Program-made: the position numbers and the translations under genes
Notes under the pieces: generated by a model
What the model saw: the letters and a program-made list of their open reading frames with translations, nothing else
What the model was told of the DNA's origin: nothing
Database searches by the model: none
Part shown: positions 1-7,262 of the stretch, in pieces
How the letters are laid out: the number at the start of each line of letters is the position of its first letter
Numbering within the stretch: position 1 is the stretch's first letter
Assembly (NCBI RefSeq): GCF_000412635.1
Contig: NZ_ASTG01000006.1
Location: 3,254-35,253 of the forward strand
Reading direction: 5' to 3'
DNA: 32,000 bases
From: Sphingobium bisphenolivorans
GTDB taxonomy: Bacteria > Pseudomonadota > Alphaproteobacteria > Sphingomonadales > Sphingomonadaceae

Positions 1-333
1 CGCCCTTGCCGATAGAGCCACCGCGAAACTCGCCGAATAGCTGTAGGTGGTGACGCTCGGCCGACCCTTGCCGCCCCCGCTCTTGCTCTTCGTCTCCTTG
101 AGGTCGGTCGCCCAGATCACCGATCCCGCGACCCGCATCGTTCCGAACAGCTTGGGCAACTGCGCGCCGTAGGTCGACGTCTGCACCTGAACGTCGGCCA
201 GCCGCCGGCCCTGCACTCCCTTGGGCTTGAACAGCACCGCATGGTCGAAGGCGTTGCCGATCAGCCCGCCAATCGCCGCGCCGAGCGGCCCGCCGACGGC
301 AGTCCCCAGCGCGGTCAAAACGATCGTAGCCAT
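1..333 (-). CDS. GTA gp15-like baseplate/host-specificity (megatron) tail protein, N-terminus only; truncated by the window edge
   Basis: Manual minus-strand translation from ATG at 331-333: MATIVLTALGTAVGGPLGAAIGGLIGNAFDHAVLFKPKGVQGRRLADVQVQTSTYGAQLPKLFGTMRVAGSVIWATDLKETK..., open to the window edge. It has the typical N-terminus of GTA/phage host-specificity proteins and sits directly after NlpC/P60. It is absent from the ORF track because it is open-ended. Confidence 0.85.
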   Translation of the reverse strand, partial: MATIVLTALGTAVGGPLGAAIGGLIGNAFDHAVLFKPKGVQGRRLADVQVQTSTYGAQLPKLFGTMRVAGSVIWATDLKETKSKSGGGKGRPSVTTYSYSASFAVALSARA

Positions 334-346
334 GTTCCCCCTTTCG

Positions 347-745
347 TTACGCTCGCCAGTGGCCAATCACCGGCCAGGGCGACTGGCCGGGCATCTCCAC
401 CACGCGCCTCAGTCCCGCATGAGCATGGACGTGACCGCCCGGCACCTTGATCATCAGGTGCAGTTGCAGCGGACCTGCGCGAACCAGGGCCACGTCGCCG
501 GCCATGGCCCTCGACACCTCCTTCAGACCGGCGGCGTTCAGCCAGTCCCGCGCGCGCGCTTCATTCCCCGAACGCAGGCCATATTCGTCAGGCACCACGC
601 CTCGATGTCCCGCCCCTGCATAGGCCAGCGTCGTCAAGCCGACGCAATCCAGACCTCGCGCGTCGCGCCCATGCAGGCGAAAGGGCACGCCGACCAGTGC
701 CCGCGCCGCTGCGACGATCCTCGCCGCCCGATCCGGATCGCTCAC
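347..745 (-). CDS. NlpC/P60-family peptidase, GTA gp14-like
   Basis: Translation VSDPDRAARIVAAARALVGVPFRLHGRDARGLDCVGLTTLAYA...HLMIKVPGGHVHAHAG has the catalytic-like DCVG Cys and a downstream His. The GTG start at 743-745 overlaps the upstream stop (GTGA). The track ORF extends further upstream to 853. Confidence 0.85.
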   Translation of the reverse strand: MSDPDRAARIVAAARALVGVPFRLHGRDARGLDCVGLTTLAYAGAGHRGVVPDEYGLRSGNEARARDWLNAAGLKEVSRAMAGDVALVRAGPLQLHLMIKVPGGHVHAHAGLRRVVEMPGQSPWPVIGHWRA

Positions 746-1557
746 GCGCCGGGATAGCGGGTCAGCAGGTCGGTGCCCGGCAGGTAGGGCTCCCCCCGGA
801 AGTTCACCGCATTGCCGAAGCGCGCGACGCAACTGTCCAGCCGCCGGTCGCATCCTTCGGTCAGCAGCGCCAGCGCCTCCGCCTCGACCGGGGAGGGCGG
901 CGGGTCCGCCAGCATCACCGCGCTGGCATCATTGTCGATCACACCCTGAACGATGCCGCAGTTGCGCCCGTTCAGCCAGCGCAGCGAGCCAAAGGCATAA
1001 TGCCCCACCTCCAACTCGCCCACATGCGCCACGGTGCCGGCAACCTCGCTCACCCGCACCAGCCGCCGCCGTCCCGCCATATCGACGCGGCACTCCCGAT
1101 CGCCCAGCGCCGCGCGGCAGTCCGGCGAGGTCGAGGGCGCAACCGGACCCTTGAGCGCCGCCATCGCGCCCACCAACTCAGCCGTGAACGCGCCGCCCTT
1201 GCGCGCCACCGCGCCGATCTCTCCCCTCGCCAGCAGCAGCCACATCGCGCCCGGCTCCTCCCATTCGGTGAGGCGCAACTCCAGCGCAGCGCCATCCCAT
1301 CGGCCCGCCATCAGGTCCGCCTCGCTGATCGCATCGGCGACCAAAGCGCCCACGATATCGGCGTCACCCCCTTCCACACCGATCCCGCTGCGCACGGCGG
1401 ACGGCGTCATCCCCGGCGCCGCGCGGTAGCGGACATACCCCACCAGCAGATCCCGGTCATGGCTCGTCAGGCCGATCGCCACACCGTCGCGCCGCTCCAG
1501 CCGCCAGCAGAAGGCCAGCGTCGCAAGCGGCTTGTCCAAAGCCTCCAGCCCGATCAT
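742..1557 (-). CDS. DUF2163 / phage conserved hypothetical BR0599-like protein, GTA gp13-like
   Basis: Starts MIGLEALDKPLATLAFCWRLERRDGVAIGLTSHDRDLLV. Internal CRAALGDRECRVDMAGRR and GCDRRLDSCVARFGNAVNFRGEPYLPG are typical of this family. ATGA overlap with the upstream gene at 1554-1557. Confidence 0.88.
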   Translation of the reverse strand: MIGLEALDKPLATLAFCWRLERRDGVAIGLTSHDRDLLVGYVRYRAAPGMTPSAVRSGIGVEGGDADIVGALVADAISEADLMAGRWDGAALELRLTEWEEPGAMWLLLARGEIGAVARKGGAFTAELVGAMAALKGPVAPSTSPDCRAALGDRECRVDMAGRRRLVRVSEVAGTVAHVGELEVGHYAFGSLRWLNGRNCGIVQGVIDNDASAVMLADPPPSPVEAEALALLTEGCDRRLDSCVARFGNAVNFRGEPYLPGTDLLTRYPGA

Positions 1558-3884
1558 TCGCGTATCTCCACCAGCGGTACGGAGGGCGCCTCGCCCGCCG
1601 CGAAGGTCGCCCTGTTGATGTCCAGCCGATCCTCGGCAAAGCGCACCGGTACGTCGAAGCGGAAGCCGGCCGTCAGCACCGCGCCCTCCGCCGGCGCCGT
1701 ATCGAAGGCGATCACGCCCAACCCCACATGGCTCCACCCGCTGGTCAGCTCGACGCCGTCGGCCGCGACCCTGATCGTGCCAGCCACAGGCCGCGTCACC
1801 CGCCGCACCTGGGCGTCCTCGCCAGCCCCGTAGAAGCGCTGCAACCGAAACTCCGCCCGCACCCCGTCACCCACGCCCAGCCGCTGGTCGAGCGCGCCCG
1901 GCGCCTCGCCCACGGCGCAGCTGCGATCATCATAGGGGTCGGTGAAGCGGAAGCCGCGCGCAGCCCCGCGCCGCGCCCGGAAGAAAGCAATCAGCGCCGC
2001 GATGTCTGCTTCCGACCGCACCCCCGGCCCTGCATCGAAGGACAGGCGCGCATCCGCCCAGTCGCTGCTCCTGCGCTCATGGCCGGAGGGGCTCTCCACC
2101 ACCTGCGTTGAAAAGCTCGGGGCCACGCTCGCCTCCCGCCCGATAGGCAGAGGAAAACTCACATCGTCAAAGGCTTGCACATCATTCTCCCCATCCAGCC
2201 TGAAGCAGGTGAAGCCATCGCGCGCCACCTGCGGCAGCGCCCATATAAATGTCGCCGCCGTGCCCCGCTTGACCGCCGCCTCCGCCGCCGCGGCGATCTC
2301 GCGCCACTGCCCTGCCTCCTCCGGACGCAGGACGAACCCCGAAAAATAATGCTGCTCCTCGACCGGGTAGCCGAGCCGTTCGGTCGCCACCTCGACGCCG
2401 CGCGCCGTCAGCCGCTCGCGCCCCTGCGTCACCCAGTCATAATCCTCCAGCTGGAGCACATCGAAGGCCGGGGACGCCCACCCGACCGGCATGTTCGCCC
2501 GCTTCGCCTCGGGCGCGAGCGGATCGAGCACCGTCGGCAGATAGGCGAGCAGATGCGTCACGGCGCCCGGCGCCAGCCCCTTCACCCAACTGCAAAGCGC
2601 CGCCGTCGAAGCGGCCAACACCGCCCCCGCCTGATCCAGCAGCGCCTTCTGCGCCGCGCTCAAAGCACTCCGCACATCGGGAATGGAAACCGGCGCTCCG
2701 CCAAAGGCCGCTCGCGCCGCATCGTCATACAGGCAGATGCGCCCATCGGCGGGCATGACCCACCACCAGGGTTCACCAACCTGGAACCGTATCGGAATTT
2801 CGGCTGCCAACCCTATGTAAACAAAGGCGCCCGCAACCAGCCGCAAATAGCTCATGGCGCCCTCATGGGCAGGCGACAGCAAAGTCGATGGCGGTGTCCA
2901 CCCGGTCAGTGCCGGCTCGCCATTCTCCGCTCTTTGCTTCCAGTCGTTCCAGCAATGCGCGTCGAACAGTTCGTAGGACAGCGACCAAATGATCCCCAGC
3001 CCCAGCGCCTTCGCGCGTCGTGCGAAGTCCGCGTGCCAGGCGGCGCAGGGCGCATTCAGAACGCCGCCCGCCAGGCTGACATAGTGGCCGCCGCCCAGCG
3101 GTTCGAGCCGGAAATAATGGCTCATCCCGACATAATGGTTGATGTCGCCGCGATAGCCGAGCGCATGGATCATCGCCACGATCCGCTCCGGCGTCTGGTT
3201 GAAACAGTCGTCATAGCCCGTCGCCATTGACAGGCCATGTTCGGGCAGCACGACATCGCCGATGTGCAGCACCGATCCGGCACCATCGCACTGGATATCA
3301 GTCAGTTCTGCCCAACCTTCGACACCCGCTGGGAACGGCGTGCTTCCCGCATCATATCCAGGGGGCGCGAGCGAGATGAACATCCGATCGACATCGCCTG
3401 CCCAAACCGGGTCAGCTTCGCCCGGCAACAAAAATCCGCCTGCAAGATCAGAGAAGTTCAACTCGATTTCAGCATCTTCCGCGGTACCGCTCGCATAGTT
3501 CCACAGCCGCACATACCAGCTTCGCGGCTCGCCCGCCGCATCGCGCCCCTCGATCGCCAACGTCGGGCCATGCGTTTCATCCAGCCGCCGCAACCCGTCG
3601 CTCCGCCAGCGAAAGCGCAGCACGCACTGGCGAAAATCCCGCGCCGTCTCATAGGCCAGCAGCGGATGACTCCATCTGTCCTCCGCTTCCCAGATCAGCC
3701 CCGCCAGATCGCCCGATCCGTAAAAGACCGCATCCACGCGCAGCGCATCAGGCGCCGTGGTCACGACCGCCGCCATCATCGGGCGCGGGAAATTGACCGT
3801 CCAATGCGTCGGCGCAAACCGCTTGATGAAGCGGCTGTCCTGCCCCCGCCTCCGGTCGGCGAGCCAATAGTCCAGGCCACTCAT
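1554..3884 (-). CDS. DUF2460/TIGR02217-type GTA distal tail protein (gp12-like) with a roughly 580 aa N-terminal extension
   Basis: Single 776 aa ORF. The C-terminal ~194 aa (FSTQVVESPSGHERRSSDWADARLSFDAGPGVRSEADIAALIAFFRARRGAARGFRFTDP...) resembles DUF2460. The N-terminal part contains MIHALGYRGDINHYVGMSHYF... and WHADFARRAKALGLGIIWSLSYELF..., which is TIM-barrel/glycoside-hydrolase-like in style. Confidence 0.85.
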   Translation of the reverse strand: MSGLDYWLADRRRGQDSRFIKRFAPTHWTVNFPRPMMAAVVTTAPDALRVDAVFYGSGDLAGLIWEAEDRWSHPLLAYETARDFRQCVLRFRWRSDGLRRLDETHGPTLAIEGRDAAGEPRSWYVRLWNYASGTAEDAEIELNFSDLAGGFLLPGEADPVWAGDVDRMFISLAPPGYDAGSTPFPAGVEGWAELTDIQCDGAGSVLHIGDVVLPEHGLSMATGYDDCFNQTPERIVAMIHALGYRGDINHYVGMSHYFRLEPLGGGHYVSLAGGVLNAPCAAWHADFARRAKALGLGIIWSLSYELFDAHCWNDWKQRAENGEPALTGWTPPSTLLSPAHEGAMSYLRLVAGAFVYIGLAAEIPIRFQVGEPWWWVMPADGRICLYDDAARAAFGGAPVSIPDVRSALSAAQKALLDQAGAVLAASTAALCSWVKGLAPGAVTHLLAYLPTVLDPLAPEAKRANMPVGWASPAFDVLQLEDYDWVTQGRERLTARGVEVATERLGYPVEEQHYFSGFVLRPEEAGQWREIAAAAEAAVKRGTAATFIWALPQVARDGFTCFRLDGENDVQAFDDVSFPLPIGREASVAPSFSTQVVESPSGHERRSSDWADARLSFDAGPGVRSEADIAALIAFFRARRGAARGFRFTDPYDDRSCAVGEAPGALDQRLGVGDGVRAEFRLQRFYGAGEDAQVRRVTRPVAGTIRVAADGVELTSGWSHVGLGVIAFDTAPAEGAVLTAGFRFDVPVRFAEDRLDINRATFAAGEAPSVPLVEIRE

Positions 3885-4480
3885 CCGTTCAGCGCTCCCC
3901 TCACCGCCCGCGCCACCTGCCGCGCACTGCGCGCCAGCAGCCGTGCACCGTCCTGCCCTTCGCCGCGGCCTTGCACCGCGATGCTCACCCGCACGTCGCG
4001 CGCGCCCGGCGGGCCGTGCGCGACCACCTGCCCGCTTGCCGTCGGCACGAACAGTTCGGGACCCCGCTCCCCCACCATATAGGCGCGCCCCGGCGATACC
4101 GGCCCGCCGGTCGCCCGCCCCGGAGCGCCCAGCGCCACCGCAGCAAGCTTCAGCAACCCGCCGCCGTCGCTCACACTCGCCACGCCGGACCGCAACGCAT
4201 TGGCGGCGATGTCGTCGAGCGTGCGCAGGGCGATCCGCTTCAGATCCTCAAAGCCGAACTGCCCCGTCCGCACCGCGCGCAGCAGCCCCTGTTCGATGCG
4301 CCGGCCCGCCCGCTCCGCACCCGACGCCAATGGTCCCTCCAGCTCCCCGCGCATCGCCTCGACGTCACGTCCAAAAGCCTGCCTATCCGCCCGCACCCGC
4401 ACGACCAGATCATCGATGTCCTCGTCCAAGCCCCACCTCCCAAATGCAAGAAGCCCTCCCTTCAGGTTCAGCAGGGCCAC
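3881..4480 (-). CDS. Short tail tape measure protein, GTA gp11-like
   Basis: 199 aa with VRVRADRQAFGRDVEAMRGELEG...GPVSPGRAYMVGERGPELFVPTASGQVV, the PYLVGERGPELFVP-type tape-measure C-terminal motif. ATGA overlap with the next gene. Confidence 0.85.
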   Translation of the reverse strand: MALLNLKGGLLAFGRWGLDEDIDDLVVRVRADRQAFGRDVEAMRGELEGPLASGAERAGRRIEQGLLRAVRTGQFGFEDLKRIALRTLDDIAANALRSGVASVSDGGGLLKLAAVALGAPGRATGGPVSPGRAYMVGERGPELFVPTASGQVVAHGPPGARDVRVSIAVQGRGEGQDGARLLARSARQVARAVRGALNG

Positions 4481-4551
4481 ATGACTCTGCTGAAGGCTGG
4501 GGAAGGACCTTTCGCGCTCACCTCCCGGCGCCCCGCTTCCTCAACTCCGCC

Positions 4552-4573
4552 GTTTCGAGCGAAGTCGAGAAAC
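4552..4573. repeat. Small imperfect palindrome (REP-like) in the gap between tape measure and tail chaperone genes
   Basis: GTTTCGAGCGAAGTCGAGAAAC. GTTTC/GAAAC ends flank two TCGA-like cores, in a non-coding gap of about 100 bp. Confidence 0.4.
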
Positions 4574-4581
4574 AGCCCGCC

Positions 4582-4776
4582 TCAATCCGGCATCATTCGC
4601 CGCAAACGCTCCAGTTCGCCCGCATCGACGCCAAGTCCCGTCTCCTCCTCTCCCCGCGCCGCGCGCAGCACCGCCTCCAGCTCGTCCGGCGTCGATCGCC
4701 AGAACTCGTCCGGCCGCCACCCCAGCAGCCATCCCGCGACCCCGGCCAACCGGGCCGCCGCCTTGAAGAAGCTCAT
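4582..4776 (-). CDS. Phage/GTA tail assembly chaperone-like small protein (TIGR02216-like)
   Basis: 64 aa MSFFKAAARLAGVAGWLLGWRPDEFWRSTPDELEAVLRAARGEE..., in the expected GTA position. ATGA overlap at 4773-4776. Confidence 0.8.
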   Translation of the reverse strand: MSFFKAAARLAGVAGWLLGWRPDEFWRSTPDELEAVLRAARGEEETGLGVDAGELERLRRMMPD

Positions 4777-5084
4777 CGTCCCGCCAGTATCTGCTTCAGG
4801 ATGATCCGCAGCACCGGCGACAGCCTCGCCAGTCCGGCGCCGACGATCGCCTCGCCCAACGCTTCGCGCGTCAGGCCGCTCGGCGGATCAACCAGACAGT
4901 GCCAGAACAGCGCCGCCATATCGGCCAGTGACAGCTTTCCGTCCGCCGCGCGCTCCACCAGGTCGAACAGCGGCCCCAATTCCTCCTCCGCCGCCACCAG
5001 CGCCGCGAAGCTCGGCCGCAGCGTCAGCGTCTCGCCGCCAAGGTCCAGCGCGGCCTCGCCCCGCGCCCCATTCGCCCCGCTCAC
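4773..5084 (-). CDS. GTA gp10-like family protein
   Basis: 103 aa MSGANGARGEAALDLGGETLTLRPSFAALVAAEEELGPLFDLVERAADGKLSLADMAALFWHC.... ATGA overlap with the major tail gene. Confidence 0.82.
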   Translation of the reverse strand: MSGANGARGEAALDLGGETLTLRPSFAALVAAEEELGPLFDLVERAADGKLSLADMAALFWHCLVDPPSGLTREALGEAIVGAGLARLSPVLRIILKQILAGR

Positions 5085-5488
5085 AGCGACACCACTGCGC
5101 CAGAGCTTTCCAGGCTCAGCGCATAATTGCGCTCGCCATTATAATCGCCCGCATAGTCAAGCCGGGTGACCAGGAAGCGGCCGCGCATCCGCTCGCCGCT
5201 TTCGAAGCTCAGCTCGTAATCCTCGATCGTCCCGGCCAGCGCATGGTTGCGCAGCCGCACTTCCGCCGCCGATCCGGTGAAAATCCCGGCCGCCGACACG
5301 CTGACCGATCGCACGCCGGCGCCCGAAAGCAACTCGCGCCAGCCGCCGCTGTCCTTGGTCGTGACGTTGACTGCCTCGCCATTCACCGACAGCTGCGTCG
5401 TCCGCATGCCGGCGACGGTCGCATAGGCTGCGGGGCTACCGCCATCGCCTATTCTCAACAGAAACGCGCTTCCTTTTTCCACAGCCAT
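5081..5488 (-). CDS. Phage/GTA major tail protein (TP901-1-like, gp9)
   Basis: 135 aa MAVEKGSAFLLRIGDGG...AGMRTTQLSVNGEAVNVTTKDSGGWRELLSGAGVRSVSVSAAGIFTG. Strong RBS AAAGGAG upstream. Confidence 0.9.
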   Translation of the reverse strand: MAVEKGSAFLLRIGDGGSPAAYATVAGMRTTQLSVNGEAVNVTTKDSGGWRELLSGAGVRSVSVSAAGIFTGSAAEVRLRNHALAGTIEDYELSFESGERMRGRFLVTRLDYAGDYNGERNYALSLESSGAVVSL

Positions 5489-5543
5489 GGAGCATTCTCC
5501 TTTAAGACAAGTCGTGCATGAATCGGGATTTGGAGAGGTTTAG

Positions 5544-5873
5544 ATGCTCGTTGCCGCACCCCTCATTTTGATGCTGGCCGCTGCTCCGCAGGGTGCCGAC
5601 GCGGTCGGCGCGGGCCGCAAGGCCTATTCGGAATGCTTGTCGAAGCAGATTCAGCCTGCGCTCGACAAGAAGCTGACGCTCGCCGACTTCCAGTCCGCAC
5701 TGAAGGAAAAGTGCGGCGCGCAGGAAACAGCCTTCCGCACCGCCATCGTCAACGACGACAAGTCCAGCAAGATGTCCGATGCGGACGCACAATCGGACGC
5801 GGACGAACAGGTTTCGGAATATAAGGACAAGATCGTCGGCGAGTTCGAGGATTATTCCAAGCCCGGCGGCTGA
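5544..5873 (+). CDS. Small predicted secreted protein of unknown function, divergent inside the GTA cluster
   Basis: 109 aa; signal peptide-like MLVAAPLILMLAAAPQGADA; RBS GGAGAGG upstream; faces opposite to all surrounding GTA genes. Confidence 0.65.
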   Translation: MLVAAPLILMLAAAPQGADAVGAGRKAYSECLSKQIQPALDKKLTLADFQSALKEKCGAQETAFRTAIVNDDKSSKMSDADAQSDADEQVSEYKDKIVGEFEDYSKPGG

Positions 5874-5913
5874 CCGCGCGCTCCGCATCCCCACTCAGCG
5901 TCATGCTGAACTT

Positions 5914-5974
5914 GTTTCACCATCCATCCATCGCCCCGAGCGATAGCCTGTGGAGGCGCGGTGGATGCTGAAGC
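5914..5974. repeat. Hairpin-forming intergenic (REP-like) element
   Basis: GTTTCACCATCCATC (5914-5928) can pair with GGTGGATGCTGAAGC (5960-5974): 12 Watson-Crick pairs plus 2 G-U of 15. Flanking text is GTCATGCTGAACTTGTTTCA. Confidence 0.45.
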
Positions 5975-6063
5975 GAATTCCTCGCAACATTATGCGTCGT
6001 GCCTCAGTCTGAACTGACCTGCAGCGTGCAGAAAAGGTTCGGCCGCGGTTGAGACAGATCGCG

Positions 6064-6459
6064 TCAGCCCCGCACCACCCGCAGCCGATAATCCGCCACG
6101 CCCTGCCAGCCATCCCGCGTTCCGGTCCGCGCCACACGCGAGCGCACCAGCCGCGCGCTGATGACCCGCCACTCGGCCCCCGCGCCGACATCGCGAACCA
6201 CCAGATCGATCAGCGCCAGCAGCGCTCCCAGCCGCTCCGGCCGCTCCCCGACATCGTACAGCTGGATCGCCAGCGTCAGTTCGCGCCCATCAACATCCTT
6301 CGCACCCCAGTCGTTGCCCAGGCAGTCGCCCACCACCGCATAGGGCTCGCTCGCCCGCCCCGGCCTGCCATCGAACAGGCCATTGAGGCCGCTCATCAGC
6401 GCGCTGTCCGCCCGCAAAGCCTCGATCAGGGCCGCTCGCACCGCCACCTCAGCGCTCAT
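6064..6459 (-). CDS. DUF3168 / GTA gp8-like tail terminator protein
   Basis: 131 aa MSAEVAVRAALIEALRADSALMSGLNGLFDGRPGRASEPYAVVGDCLGNDWGAKDVDGRELTLAIQLYD. ATGA overlap with the upstream gene. Confidence 0.88.
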   Translation of the reverse strand: MSAEVAVRAALIEALRADSALMSGLNGLFDGRPGRASEPYAVVGDCLGNDWGAKDVDGRELTLAIQLYDVGERPERLGALLALIDLVVRDVGAGAEWRVISARLVRSRVARTGTRDGWQGVADYRLRVVRG

Positions 6460-6662
6460 CCCCGTCCCCTTCCCGCCTCACGCAGCGCCAAATCGCTGAG
6501 CCACCGCCGCCTCAGCCCCGGCCCGCGCAGCCGCACCAGTTCACCTTCGATGCCGACATCCTCGACGCCGGCCGCGCGCACCGCCGCCGCGATTTCACGG
6601 CGCCGCTTCTCCGCCCCGGATTCCATCAGCGCCTCCACCAGCGCCTGCAGCCGCGCCCTCAT
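6456..6662 (-). CDS. Small protein of unknown function in the GTA gp7 position
   Basis: 68 aa MRARLQALVEALMESGAEKRRREIAAAVRAAGVEDVGIEGELVRLRGPGLRRRWLSDLALREAGRGRG. ATGA overlaps at both ends (6659-6662 and 6456-6459). Confidence 0.65.
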   Translation of the reverse strand: MRARLQALVEALMESGAEKRRREIAAAVRAAGVEDVGIEGELVRLRGPGLRRRWLSDLALREAGRGRG

Positions 6663-7138
6663 GTCAGCCGCATCCGCCGCCAGGGCCGCCACAGCGCGCT
6701 CACGACAGCAGGCGGCGTCGCCACCTGCCCGTCCCGTGCTCCGAAATGCTCCGCCGCCAGCCGCACTATGCCCTGCCGGATGGCATCGGGCAGCCCTTCG
6801 GCATCCTGCGCCATGCCTGCATGATAGCGCACGGTGGCCATGCCCACATCTGGACGTACCCGTACCCAGCCGTCCCCCGCCGCATCGATGTCGATCGCAT
6901 AGGCATCCGCCGCCAGCGCGCTCCCCTGCGCCTCCACGCCCAGGATAGCCACGACGGGCCGCCCCGACAGCCTCTGCCATGTTCCGTCCGCACCCGCCGT
7001 CTCGCTGGCCTCGCGCACGATCAGCCATTGTCCGATGAACTGTTCGCAAAGCCCCGTGGCGCTCGCCAGCAGCCGCTCCAGCACGCCATCCTCATCATCC
7101 GACCCGATCCGCAACCAGGCCTTAAGCTCCACCAGCAC
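6659..7138 (-). CDS. Head-tail connector/adaptor protein, gp6-like
   Basis: 159 aa MLVELKAWLRIGSDDEDGVLERLLASATGLCEQFIGQWLI...LPDAIRQGIVRLAAEHF, a typical gp6-like connector. Confidence 0.88.
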   Translation of the reverse strand: MLVELKAWLRIGSDDEDGVLERLLASATGLCEQFIGQWLIVREASETAGADGTWQRLSGRPVVAILGVEAQGSALAADAYAIDIDAAGDGWVRVRPDVGMATVRYHAGMAQDAEGLPDAIRQGIVRLAAEHFGARDGQVATPPAVVSALWRPWRRMRLT

Positions 7139-7189
7139 GCGCCGCCCTCCCCTTGAAAAAGGGGGACGCCCTACGGACGCCCCCAGCTT

Positions 7190-7210
7190 CCTTCTCCCTC
7201 CCGGAGAAGG
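7190..7210. promoter_or_regulatory. Perfect 8-bp stem hairpin between the capsid and gp6 genes
   Basis: CCTTCTCC-CTCCC-GGAGAAGG. Confidence 0.4.
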
Positions 7211-7262
7211 ATACGCAGCCTTGCCAGCTCTGCTGGCTAGGCGAAGTTGGATGAGGCCGACG

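Noticed and set aside
1034-4082. Plus-strand ORFs 1034..1429, 1942..2349, 2175..3230, 3237..4082
   Set aside because: Antisense to well-supported GTA tail genes and no plausible domains.
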